From Candidatus Woesearchaeota archaeon (GTDB lineage: Archaea > Nanobdellota > Nanobdellia > Woesearchaeales > JAGLGH01), in contig DAOVBM010000004.1 in assembly GCA_030670545.1 (NCBI GenBank), positions 1 through 60,251 of the forward strand: a stretch of DNA of 60,251 nucleotides, read 5' to 3'. The notes under the pieces were generated by a model. The model did not search any database. It was not told where the DNA came from and saw nothing but the letters and a program-made list of their open reading frames with translations. The position numbers and the translations under genes are program-made. Shown here piece by piece: positions 36,127-45,586 of this stretch (position 1 is the stretch's first letter; each line of letters opens with the position of its first letter).

Positions 36127-37200
36127 ATGATAAGTCCTAAAATAAAAAAGCTGGCAAACATACTTGTAAATTATTCAATAGAAGTCAGAAAAGGATATGT
36201 TATAAAGATTAACTGCGGTATCAAAGCGCAGGAGCTTGGCATCGAGGTATGCCGGTTAATTCTCAAGAAAGGCGCTATACCCCGCTTCAATCTTGTGCCA
36301 CAGAATTATGCTTATCTGTATTACAAAAACGCGAAAGAGCATCAGCTTAAATATTTCCCAAAGATTGCATTGTATGAGGCAAAGAATATTGATGGAACAA
36401 TATCAATTGGCGCAGAACACAATACAAGAGAACTCACAAATATCAACCCAAAAAAGATTGCAATAAGACAGAGAGTCACGCATAAGATATCACAGATAAT
36501 CCTGAAGCGAAACAACTGGGTCATCTGCGAGTATCCTACAAACGCGCTTGCGCAGGACGCAGATATGTCTCTTGAAGAGTTCAAAAAATTTGTATATGGT
36601 GCGACCAATATTGACTGGAAAAAAGCCTCACAGCAACAGGACAAGCTAAAAAAGATACTTGATAAGGGAAAGCAGGTAAGGATAGTTGCTAAAGATACTG
36701 ATATTACATTCAGCATAGAAGGCAGGGGAGGCATAAAGTGCGATGGCCACAGGAACATGCCTGATGGAGAGGTATTCATAGCCCCTGTTGAGAATTCCAC
36801 AGAAGGATACATAAAATACACATATCCTGCAATCAAGGGTGGAAGGGAAGTTAGGGGAGTTTCTCTGGAATTCAGGAAAGGAAAAGTTGTAAAGGCAACA
36901 GCAACCAAGAATGAGAAATTTCTTAAGGAGATGCTTAACACAGATAAGGGTTCTAGATATATTGGCGAATTTGGAATAGGTGTGAATTATGGCATAAAGA
37001 AGTTCATAAAGCAGATACTTTTTGATGAGAAAATTGGCGGTACAATACATCTTGCCCTTGGAATGGCGTATAAGGAAGGCGGCGGAAGAAACGAGTCTGC
37101 CATACACTGGGATATGATAAAAGACCTAAGGAAAGGCGGAGCTGTTTATATCGACGGCAAGTGTATACAGAAGAATGGTAAGTTTACGTTTAAGTTATAA
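36127..37200 (+). CDS. M29-family aminopeptidase (AmpS/PepS-like)
   Basis: 357 aa. LANILVNYS..V.KG, NMPDGEVF.AP, GEFGIG.N and GGTIHLALG are typical of thermophilic metalloprotease M29. Confidence 0.8.
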   Translation: MISPKIKKLANILVNYSIEVRKGYVIKINCGIKAQELGIEVCRLILKKGAIPRFNLVPQNYAYLYYKNAKEHQLKYFPKIALYEAKNIDGTISIGAEHNTRELTNINPKKIAIRQRVTHKISQIILKRNNWVICEYPTNALAQDADMSLEEFKKFVYGATNIDWKKASQQQDKLKKILDKGKQVRIVAKDTDITFSIEGRGGIKCDGHRNMPDGEVFIAPVENSTEGYIKYTYPAIKGGREVRGVSLEFRKGKVVKATATKNEKFLKEMLNTDKGSRYIGEFGIGVNYGIKKFIKQILFDEKIGGTIHLALGMAYKEGGGRNESAIHWDMIKDLRKGGAVYIDGKCIQKNGKFTFKL

Positions 37201-37216
37201 TTCTTTAATATTTATA

Positions 37217-38272
37217 CTATTTAACTATACATATTAGATTCTTTGGAAATCTTGTAAGATATTGCGCGTCATCATCTGTAACCAGAATATCATCTTCAAT
37301 CCTTATGCCCAGCTTGCCTTTTATGTATATGCCTGGCTCTATAGCCATAGTGCTGCCTTCTTTTATTTTACCTTTTGCTGAACTTCTTATAAAAGGTATT
37401 TCATGTATATCTATGCCTATACCATGGCCTATGTTGTGTATGAAATACTTTGAATATCTTCCAAGCAGATTTCTTGCTTTTTTATCTATATCTTTTGTTT
37501 TAATGCCTGATTTAATTTGTGATACGATATCCTGCTGCGTCTGGAGAACAAGTCCGTACATCCTAATATCTTCTGTTGACGGTCTGCCCAGATAGATTGT
37601 CCTGGTCATATCTGAATTGTATCCTTTATACACAACCCCAAAATCGATTATGCAAAACCCACTTCTCAATTTTCCTTTTGGATTGTGGTGAGGAATTGCA
37701 GCACCAGTCCCTGACGCAACCAGCGGTTCCCAGGACATTGCGCAGCCTGCTTTTCTTGCTTCGTTTTTTAGGAACATTACAACATCTTCTTCAGTTGCGA
37801 ATTTTTTGAAATTGCTTATACATTTCTGCATTATCTTGTCTGTAATCATGCATGCTTTTTTTATCATATTGATTTCTTCTTTTGTTTTTGTCTCCCTCAA
37901 CTCCTTACAGGTGCTGGATATATCCACAAAACAAGCTCCTTTGAAAGCTTTTTTAATTGATTTAATTTCATTAAGTGTCATTACATCCTTATTTATGGCT
38001 ATTCTCTTGATATTTTTGAATCTTGATTTTAATTCTTCACTAACCCTTTTCTTAATCTGGACAACTTTCACGTCTGCTTTTATCTCACCAAATTCAAGGC
38101 TGGACACAAATAACAGAGGTTTAGATTTAGCTGGAATAACAAGACAGCCAGATTCAGGCTGCGACTGCGAGAAATAATTGACATTAAGGTCTTTCTTATC
38201 TCTTTTTGTAATAAAAAAAGCAAAATCTATTCTTTTCTCTTTCATAAATTGCTGTAGATTCTTTACTTTCAT
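37217..38272 (-). CDS. M24B Xaa-Pro peptidase
   Basis: Pita-bread fold motifs DFG..Y.GY.SD.TRT, HNIGHGIGIDIHE and EPGIY...GIRIED. Confidence 0.88.
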   Translation of the reverse strand: MKVKNLQQFMKEKRIDFAFFITKRDKKDLNVNYFSQSQPESGCLVIPAKSKPLLFVSSLEFGEIKADVKVVQIKKRVSEELKSRFKNIKRIAINKDVMTLNEIKSIKKAFKGACFVDISSTCKELRETKTKEEINMIKKACMITDKIMQKCISNFKKFATEEDVVMFLKNEARKAGCAMSWEPLVASGTGAAIPHHNPKGKLRSGFCIIDFGVVYKGYNSDMTRTIYLGRPSTEDIRMYGLVLQTQQDIVSQIKSGIKTKDIDKKARNLLGRYSKYFIHNIGHGIGIDIHEIPFIRSSAKGKIKEGSTMAIEPGIYIKGKLGIRIEDDILVTDDDAQYLTRFPKNLICIVK

Positions 38273-38354
38273 TCTGTATTTAGAGTATGAACCAATAGTT
38301 AATAAATGTTATCATTATTGGTATCTGCTTCTCCCTATCCTAATGTCAGAATAA

Positions 38355-38527
38355 GTAAGTAAAAAGTCAGATATAACGGAGCACAAGCATCTTCAAAACT
38401 TAGGATAGGTTATTAGAAGGCTCTGCGTCCCCGTAAGGGACAACCCCCGCGACGAGCAGGATAAGGAAAAGGATTAAGTTTTGACTGATGATGCTGATGC
38501 TCCTTGAGTAGCAGACTTTTTACTTAT
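38355..38527 (-). mobile_element. MITE family A, copy A4 (173 bp, inverted orientation)
   Basis: Termini GTAAGTAAAAAGTC ... GACTTTTTACTTAT. Perfect 8-bp direct repeat CAGAATAA at 38347-38354 and 38528-38535. Confidence 0.8.
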
Positions 38528-38541
38528 CAGAATAAGCAAGA

Positions 38542-38549
38542 TTTAAATA
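38542..38549 (+). promoter_or_regulatory. TATA box (AGATTTAAATACT context) for M16 peptidase gene
   Basis: Centred ~29 nt upstream of the ATG at 38574, a few nt after the MITE A4 target duplication. Confidence 0.45.
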
Positions 38550-38573
38550 CTAACTCACTTGTGAAACTGTTCT

Positions 38574-39782
38574 ATGAAAAAGATAAAACTAAGCAATGGC
38601 ATGACTGTAGTTCTCCATGCTAAGAAATCAGATTCTATAGCTGTCCATATTCTGGTCAAGACAGGGTCTATAAATGAAGATGATAACAACAGGGGAGTTT
38701 CCCATTTTATCGAACATATGCTGTTTGAAGGGACAAAGAAAAGGACAGCATTGCAGATTGCTAATGAGATTGAGAGTCTTGGCGGCACGATTGGAGCATA
38801 TACTTCTTCAGAAAGGACCTGCTATCATGTGAAAGTGCTCAGGAAGCATGTTGATAAAGCATTGGATGTGCTTTCAGACATTATAAAAAACCCTTTATTT
38901 GACGAAAAAGCTATTGAAAAGGAGAGAAGTGTAATCTTAAGTGAGATTAAGCTCAAGAAGGATGAGCCACGATTTTATCAATGGTCACTTTTCAGCAGGA
39001 ATTTATTAAAGGATTCTCAATTAAAACATCCAGTGATTGGTTACCAAAAAACAGTAAAGTCAATAAATAAGGGAGACATAGAGGATTATTTTAAAAATCA
39101 TTATACTGGATTGAATATGATAATTTCAGTTGTTGGTGAATTAAATGGAATTGAAAATAAAATAAGACTTAAATTTGGGACAATTCTCAGAAAATCTGTT
39201 CCATCAGCTAAACTAAAAAAAGTGAAAATAAAGAATTCAGTAATCAAAATAAAGGAGAAAAAAGTAATAACACAGACATATCTTATCCTGGGATACATTG
39301 CGGCTGACAGGCGCAGCAGGGAAAGTTATGTCTTTGATGTAATACAGGCAATACTCGGAAGGGGGCTGTCAGGACGGATTTTTGATGAGCTTAGGATAAA
39401 AAGGGGTTTGGGTTATGATGTAGGAAGTCATTATGAAGATAATAAAAATTATGGATTCTTTGCAGCATATGCAACAGTTGATAAGAAGAACTTAAACCTG
39501 GCAAAAAGCATAATACTTAAGCAGATACAGGATGTGGATAAGCTGACTGAAAAAGAGCTTAAGGAAGCAAAAAGATATATTGAAGGCGAATTCATTATAA
39601 ATAATGAGGACAACCAGACGCTTGCAGATACATTAGGATTCTTTGAGGATGTAAAGGATGCAGCAATAATCAAAGAATATATAAAAAATATAAAAAAAGT
39701 CACAATCAGTGACATAAGAAGGGTAAAGAGAAAATACCTTAAAAAAAATAATTATACTATGGTTGTGTTGGAGCAGAAATAA
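38574..39782 (+). CDS. M16-family (insulinase/pitrilysin-like) zinc peptidase
   Basis: Inverted zinc motif HFIEHMLFEGT (HxxEH) followed by the downstream Glu region. Confidence 0.88.
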   Translation: MKKIKLSNGMTVVLHAKKSDSIAVHILVKTGSINEDDNNRGVSHFIEHMLFEGTKKRTALQIANEIESLGGTIGAYTSSERTCYHVKVLRKHVDKALDVLSDIIKNPLFDEKAIEKERSVILSEIKLKKDEPRFYQWSLFSRNLLKDSQLKHPVIGYQKTVKSINKGDIEDYFKNHYTGLNMIISVVGELNGIENKIRLKFGTILRKSVPSAKLKKVKIKNSVIKIKEKKVITQTYLILGYIAADRRSRESYVFDVIQAILGRGLSGRIFDELRIKRGLGYDVGSHYEDNKNYGFFAAYATVDKKNLNLAKSIILKQIQDVDKLTEKELKEAKRYIEGEFIINNEDNQTLADTLGFFEDVKDAAIIKEYIKNIKKVTISDIRRVKRKYLKKNNYTMVVLEQK

Positions 39783-39801
39783 ATTATGAATTTTTGTCTG
39801 C

Positions 39802-40881
39802 TTATCGTGTAACAGTATAACTCTCCATTTTCTCCATCAGTTCTTTTGCTTCTTTGTTTTTTTCAAAATATATTCTTACTGGCTCAATCATCTTATTGAT
39901 GTATGATGCCATTGCCTGTTTCAGGTCCATAGGGTGCAGATCTCCCTTACTGTATATATCAGCAAGTTCATCATAGCTATTCAACACCAAATCCCCCCCA
40001 AATTTCTCAGACCTTGCTATCTTAAATTCATCGAATTTCTCAAAGATTAGGTATTTTGCATATTCCATGATTGGATTTTCTTCTGTCTGTTTTTCAGGGC
40101 AGTAAGCTTTCTTTATCTTCCTCTTGATATCCTCTTCACTATCTGTCATGAATATTGCAGAATCTGGCTTTGATTTTGACATTTTCATATCAATTGCCCG
40201 TTCTACAGCATCTTCATATTCCCCATCTTTAGGAGGCAGCAGCCCCATAAGCATATGGTGGCTTACAACAACTGGTTTCCACCAGTCCAGTTTTGGGCCA
40301 ATTTCTCTTGCAAGCATATTTACTTTCCTTTGGTCTACTCCAAGCTGGCAGATGTCTGCGCCAAGATGGAATATGTCTGCGCACTGCATGCAGGGATAAA
40401 GTATCTGTGATGCCTGCAGCGCTTCGCTCTCGCCCCTTCCCATTATCTGTGAGCACCGGACTATCCTCTTTAGTGTGCTGTTAATAGCAACCTTCATCAC
40501 TTTCATCCAGTATTGATCATCTTTTACAAGATCGCTTGCCCATATGAATTCTACATTATTAAGGTCCATCCCGCATGCTTTCCATACTTCTATCTGGTAT
40601 TTTCCTACTATCTGTATCTTTTCAAGGTCTCCACCCATCTTATTGTTTGCCCATGCATGCCAGTCAGCGATGAACATCTTGAATCTGCATCCTGCCTTTA
40701 TCATCTTATTGACATTTATTGTACGAAGAATTCCCTGCGCAATATGAAGATTCCCAGACGGCTCAAACCCATCATAAGCTATAAGCTGCTCTTTTTCTGC
40801 CAGCAGTTCTTTCAGTTCTTCTTCGGTGGTAATCTCTTCTCCCACTTCTTTTATAATGTTAATTCTTTCTTCAACATTCAT
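39802..40881 (-). CDS. tyrS: tyrosine--tRNA ligase (archaeal type)
   Basis: YDGFEPSGNLHIAQ (HIGH region), KMSKSKP, and GNPIMEYAKY...KFGGDL..NSYDEL......LHPMDLK closely parallel the Methanocaldococcus TyrRS sequence as I recall it. Confidence 0.9.
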   Translation of the reverse strand: MNVEERINIIKEVGEEITTEEELKELLAEKEQLIAYDGFEPSGNLHIAQGILRTINVNKMIKAGCRFKMFIADWHAWANNKMGGDLEKIQIVGKYQIEVWKACGMDLNNVEFIWASDLVKDDQYWMKVMKVAINSTLKRIVRCSQIMGRGESEALQASQILYPCMQCADIFHLGADICQLGVDQRKVNMLAREIGPKLDWWKPVVVSHHMLMGLLPPKDGEYEDAVERAIDMKMSKSKPDSAIFMTDSEEDIKRKIKKAYCPEKQTEENPIMEYAKYLIFEKFDEFKIARSEKFGGDLVLNSYDELADIYSKGDLHPMDLKQAMASYINKMIEPVRIYFEKNKEAKELMEKMESYTVTR

Positions 40882-41038
40882 TAATACTCACCCAAAACAA
40901 GGAATAACTTGAAATTATTAAATCTTTTCCAAAACATTTAAATACTATATCTTTAATTCAAATACTACACATTTAATTAAATTAGAAAGATAATTATTTA
41001 ACCTATCTGATAATATTCATTGATGAGGGGATATTCAA

Positions 41039-41305
41039 ATGGACGAAGACGAAGAAAAAAAGTTCTCAAAACAGATAATCGGAAAGACTGTGGTGAGCAA
41101 GACTGGAAAAAGATTTGGAGAAGTAGGGGATATTGTATTTGAGACCAGAAGCGGGGAGCTTATCCATATTGTTCTCGCGAATCCTACAGCATATACAGAA
41201 AAGCTCGAGCTTGAAAAGGACAAATCTAATAGCATCCTCATACCTTTCAGCGCAGTCATGGCCATAGGAGATTTCATGGTTATTGCTGAAGAGGATATTG
41301 TTTGA
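41039..41305 (+). CDS. PRC-barrel domain protein
   Basis: 88 aa. IIGKTVVSKTGKRFGEVGDIVFETRSGELIHIVL is typical of archaeal PRC-barrel proteins. Confidence 0.7.
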   Translation: MDEDEEKKFSKQIIGKTVVSKTGKRFGEVGDIVFETRSGELIHIVLANPTAYTEKLELEKDKSNSILIPFSAVMAIGDFMVIAEEDIV

Positions 41306-41362
41306 TTTGCTTTCTTATTTTTTAACACAAATTATTTAAACTAAGCTTCTTTTCCTCTATAC

Positions 41363-42328
41363 ATGAATCATTCTATATGGACTGAGAAGTACAGGCCAAA
41401 TAATTTCTCAGAAATAAAGGGCCAGAAGGAGATAGTCAGGAGAATAAAGGCTTTTGTTGAGCAGAAGAATATGCCTCATCTTCTTTTTTCAGGTCCTGCA
41501 GGAACAGGAAAGACTACTCTTGCGCTTGTGGTCGCAAGGCAGCTATTCGGTGAATCATGGAGAAACAATTTTCTTGAGCTCAATGCAAGCGATGAAAGAG
41601 GGATAGACGTAATCAGGAACAAAGTAAAGGATTTTGCAAGAACCAGAGCAATAGGGGATGTCCCTTTCAAAGTCATATACCTTGATGAATGCGATGCATT
41701 GACAAAAGAAGCGCAGCAGGCATTGAGGAGGACAATGGAGAATTATACCCAGACAACAAGGTTCATTCTTGCATGCAATTATTCAAGCAAGATCATAGAC
41801 CCAATACAAAGCAGGTGCGCGGTTTTCAGGTTTAAGCTTCTTGCAAAAGCTGATACATTATTGATTATTGATAATATAGCCAAGCATGAAAGCCTGAAGA
41901 TTGATGAAAAAGCAAAAGAGGCGCTATATCAAATAAGCGAAGGGGATTGCAGGAGATTGGCAAACATACTCCAGAGCACTTCAGCTGTAGATAAGCACAT
42001 CACTGAAGACCTTATATACTCTCTGGCTTCTGCAGCAAGACCAAAAGAGATAAATGAGGTACTTTCCCTTGCGGTGCAGAATAAGTTCATAGAAGCAAGA
42101 AAAAAGCTGCTTGACGTCATGCTCAATTATGGGCTTTCAGGGATTGATGTTCTAAAGCAAATACAGAAAGAGATTATAAACCTTGATATTGATAACAGAA
42201 GCAAGATGGAGCTTATCTCAAGATGCGGTGACACAGAGTTCAGGATGACAGAAGGAAGTGATGAATATCTCCAGCTTGAGGCTTTCCTCAGCATTGTCTG
42301 CCTTTCTGGAACCAGGAAGATATCATGA
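41363..42328 (+). CDS. rfcS: replication factor C small subunit
   Basis: WTEKYRP, Walker A GPAGTGKTT, Walker B YLDECDAL and the SRC motif (QSRCAVFRF). No intein. Confidence 0.92.
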   Translation: MNHSIWTEKYRPNNFSEIKGQKEIVRRIKAFVEQKNMPHLLFSGPAGTGKTTLALVVARQLFGESWRNNFLELNASDERGIDVIRNKVKDFARTRAIGDVPFKVIYLDECDALTKEAQQALRRTMENYTQTTRFILACNYSSKIIDPIQSRCAVFRFKLLAKADTLLIIDNIAKHESLKIDEKAKEALYQISEGDCRRLANILQSTSAVDKHITEDLIYSLASAARPKEINEVLSLAVQNKFIEARKKLLDVMLNYGLSGIDVLKQIQKEIINLDIDNRSKMELISRCGDTEFRMTEGSDEYLQLEAFLSIVCLSGTRKIS

Positions 42329-42341
42329 TTGAGCAATAAAA

Positions 42342-43559
42342 ATGCCACCTAAAAAAGCAGCAAAAAGAGCAGCACGCAAATCTTTAGCAAAGAAGCATAC
42401 AAGAAAATCCAGAAAACATTCTGTGCCAAAGCAAAAAAAACCATTAGTGAAGACAGCGAAAGCTTTATCCACACCAGAAGAAATAATAAGTGAAGTAAGA
42501 AACGAGAAGATATTTTTAGCTGGTCATAAGTCAAGAGCTGAAGATGAGAATATAATTCTTATAAAGAAAAGGGACATACTGCAAGAAAGGGTCCAGGAAC
42601 TAAAATCAGGTATGAACGAGGCAAATGAGCGGATAATTACTCTTGCAGAAGAAATTGCCAAGAGAAACAGTAATCTTAAGCTGCTTTCAGATGCATATAT
42701 TGAGGTAAAAGAGAATTATGATTCAATGAAGGCGAATATAAGCAAGTTTAAGTCAGACATAGCATCAAGAGATTCTACTATCCAAAGCCTGAAGTCAGTT
42801 ATTGAAAAATACAAAAAACAGATTATGAGAACCAACCCCCATATTGAAACCCTGTACAAAAGGTTGACACAATCCCAGATCAAGGAAAGGCAAATAGCTA
42901 TAATCAATAATAAGTTGAATAAGCAGTGCGACATCCTTATTGAAGACACTAAGAAAAAAGATATGGAATTAACGCAGAAAGACGAAGAAGCAAAAAATCT
43001 GGTTGAGAAAGAGCGCAGCAGGATTACGCTGGATGCAGAAAAACAGATTACAGATTATTTGCAGAAAGAAATGTTTCTAAAGAAAAAAATCGCGCATATA
43101 AATAAGCAGCTTATGGAAAAAGACAGTATAATCACTCAGAAGGACAAAAAGATATCAATGCTCAATGGAATATACAGGAAGATTAAGGATTTTATTGAAA
43201 CCGGAAACATAGTCACAGGAAAAGCAGCAACTGCAAAGAAGCGAATCTTCCCTTCTTTTGTACGGAAAACAGTCCCTGAGAAGCCTATTCAGTTGTTTCC
43301 TGAAGAGGAACAAGAAAAGGGCCAGCTCCAAGGGATAGAGGAAAAGGGATTTGAGACTGAACCAATTGTAATTGAGAAAACTGCTCCAGCTGAAGAAACA
43401 CTTCCCTATACTGCTGATGAAATAGTTCCTATAGTAATTGTTGCCTTGCAGCATGGAGATTCCCATGCAACTATAAAGAATTCTTTAATAAGCTCTGGTT
43501 ATAATCCTGTTGAAGTGAATAAGGCTGTAGAAAAAGTAAAAGAAAAATCTGCAGCATAA
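42342..43559 (+). CDS. Lys-rich N-terminus + long coiled-coil protein, unknown function
   Basis: 405 aa. MPPKKAAKRAARK... basic head, ~250 aa of heptad-like coiled coil and a small C-terminal globular segment. It starts 13 nt after rfcS. It is not an RFC large subunit, having no Walker motifs. Confidence 0.55.
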   Translation: MPPKKAAKRAARKSLAKKHTRKSRKHSVPKQKKPLVKTAKALSTPEEIISEVRNEKIFLAGHKSRAEDENIILIKKRDILQERVQELKSGMNEANERIITLAEEIAKRNSNLKLLSDAYIEVKENYDSMKANISKFKSDIASRDSTIQSLKSVIEKYKKQIMRTNPHIETLYKRLTQSQIKERQIAIINNKLNKQCDILIEDTKKKDMELTQKDEEAKNLVEKERSRITLDAEKQITDYLQKEMFLKKKIAHINKQLMEKDSIITQKDKKISMLNGIYRKIKDFIETGNIVTGKAATAKKRIFPSFVRKTVPEKPIQLFPEEEQEKGQLQGIEEKGFETEPIVIEKTAPAEETLPYTADEIVPIVIVALQHGDSHATIKNSLISSGYNPVEVNKAVEKVKEKSAA

Positions 43560-43597
43560 ATTGCTGCTTTAACAAAAGTTTCCACAGATCATTTGGT

Positions 43598-44524
43598 TTA
43601 TTCTTTCTTTATCCTTACAGATTCCTGTATCAGATACCTGTATTTGTATTTGATTGTCAGGCCAAGGTCTTCTGTATAAAGTGTTCCTTTTGGCATAGCA
43701 TCTTTAAGTTTACAGGTTATCTTTGCTTTCCCTGCAGAGTCAAATCTTCCTTCATTTAGCTTGCCTGCTGCCCTACACTCCCATTTGTTATCATCTGATG
43801 ATTCAAATGCGAATTTATTGTACCTTCTATCAAAATCCTGTCCCTGAATCGCAACATCCCCTCCGCCTGCATTATCTATTTCAATCTCAACAGCAATCTT
43901 TGAGCTTCCTGCTGTAGCTTCTTTTGCGGATTTTACCTGGATAGGTGCTCCTGAAGAAAATACTTCTTTTGGTTCACTTACATCGCATATTGATTCATCC
44001 TGGAGATCTTCTTTAAAGCATACTTTCTTCACTGTAGTTTCAGTCCTGTAATCAAATACAACCTCAGCGAATATATCAAGATCAACTGATGAGCCACTGA
44101 ATTTTGTTACATATTTTGCATCATCAGTGCCAGGGGTGAAATCAAGAATCTCTTCTCCTCCTAGATCATTTGTCTCTGATATCTTCTCAATTGTTTCTTT
44201 ATTTGATAATAGGCCTCCTTGTGCAATGCCTGAAAATGACCCAAGATATATACCTTTTAGTGTTACTGTAACTTCTCCCTGATTTACTTCTGTTTCACCT
44301 TTATTCTGGAGAATAATCTCTATCGGAAATGTCTCATCTTCATATATTTCATTTATTTTTGTATCATCATTAAATATTCCCAGATCCATGAATTCTGCGG
44401 AAATTCCTCTTGTTCCACCAACATAAGGCGATTCCGCAATCTCGACAGTTGTATCCTTGTTACAGCCTGCAAACATAAATACTAATAATATAATTGAAAC
44501 CAATGCAATCCATTTATTATCCAT
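43598..44524 (-). CDS. secreted lipobox protein, paralog 1 of surface-module family
   Basis: Signal peptide ending ...VFMFAGC. Shares ordered motifs with 44572-45516 and 45587-46558. Confidence 0.7.
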   Translation of the reverse strand: MDNKWIALVSIILLVFMFAGCNKDTTVEIAESPYVGGTRGISAEFMDLGIFNDDTKINEIYEDETFPIEIILQNKGETEVNQGEVTVTLKGIYLGSFSGIAQGGLLSNKETIEKISETNDLGGEEILDFTPGTDDAKYVTKFSGSSVDLDIFAEVVFDYRTETTVKKVCFKEDLQDESICDVSEPKEVFSSGAPIQVKSAKEATAGSSKIAVEIEIDNAGGGDVAIQGQDFDRRYNKFAFESSDDNKWECRAAGKLNEGRFDSAGKAKITCKLKDAMPKGTLYTEDLGLTIKYKYRYLIQESVRIKKE

Positions 44525-44571
44525 TTTGATACCTCCTCTTATAGATATAATTTTTAATACTTTATAAATTT

Positions 44572-45516
44572 TTATACTTTAATTATCTCTACTCTTTTTT
44601 CAATTGATGATGAATAAACATAATCCAGTTCTATGTGGAGAGAGGTAATGAAAGTTGTTCCTGTCTCAGGCTTTCTGAATTTGCATGTTATGAATCCAGT
44701 TCCCCCATCTCTTAACATGACTGGCTCAGATCCACTGCCTCTTGGGGTGCACTGAGGATTTGAATCAAAAGGAAGCTTTGCATTGACCCTTACCCTATTG
44801 ACATCCTTAAGCTCAAGCTCAAAAGGACAGTAGTCATATGATGTCCAGTCAATTACTTTCCCATTGCCTACATTGCTTATATAGATATCAAATATTATAT
44901 GATCTGAACTTACCCTCTCTTCAATTCTTGTGATTGCTACAGGCGCGCCCTGGCCGCCTCCAGTGCTTATAGCATCATCAAAGCGGCATACTTTTTTCTC
45001 AGTTATGACTTTATAAGGTTCAGGGTCTATGCATACTTTAGGGTCAGTGATTGTCTTATATTTGTAGCATGCAGTTACCAGAAATGTTGCATCATATTTT
45101 GGCCCCCCAAATGGAACCTTGACTCCTCTCTTGTCGCTGTAAGTCATTATATCATATCCTCCGTCAGGATATTCCCTTGACCTCCCTCTCAAACTTACTG
45201 GAATTTCATTTCCACCTTCCCATGTACCCCTTATTGCATTAGGGTCAAATCCTGATATTTCCAGTTTGCCCTGGAATGTGTCAGATTCAGGGTAAGACCC
45301 CCTGTTCCTGAGCTCAATCATTATATCAAGGCTGTCGCCGTCATAAACCTTTGATGGTGGAGCATTTGGCACAAAATACATCTCCAGCCCCATTGTGCCA
45401 GTATGATAACTAGTTTCATCAACCCTTATCTCTCCGTCTTGTTCACATCCTGACAGCAGCAGAGCTGCAATCATTATAATGATTATGCAGTAGATTCCTT
45501 GTTTCATTTTTAGCAT
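44572..45516 (-). CDS. secreted lipobox protein, paralog 2 of surface-module family
   Basis: Signal peptide ending ...ALLLSGC. Motifs IELRNRGS, VTACYKYKT..VCIDP, QGAPVAITRIEE, ISNVGNG, ITCKF and IELDYVYSSS..VEIIKV. Confidence 0.7.
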   Translation of the reverse strand: MLKMKQGIYCIIIIMIAALLLSGCEQDGEIRVDETSYHTGTMGLEMYFVPNAPPSKVYDGDSLDIMIELRNRGSYPESDTFQGKLEISGFDPNAIRGTWEGGNEIPVSLRGRSREYPDGGYDIMTYSDKRGVKVPFGGPKYDATFLVTACYKYKTITDPKVCIDPEPYKVITEKKVCRFDDAISTGGGQGAPVAITRIEERVSSDHIIFDIYISNVGNGKVIDWTSYDYCPFELELKDVNRVRVNAKLPFDSNPQCTPRGSGSEPVMLRDGGTGFITCKFRKPETGTTFITSLHIELDYVYSSSIEKRVEIIKV

Positions 45517-45586
45517 TAAACTGATTTTGTCTGGTTTATATTGTTATTCTATCTCCACCTTTTTAAAATTTTCTAAACAAATCAGA

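Noticed and set aside
38486-38512. CUGAUGA and CUGA strings in the MITE arm (GACTGATGATGCTGATGC), suggesting a hammerhead core or C/D boxes.
   Set aside because: No GAAA/stem III arrangement exists for a hammerhead. The boxes are 2 nt apart with no guide spacing. The opposite arm lacks the GA needed for a k-turn in either orientation.
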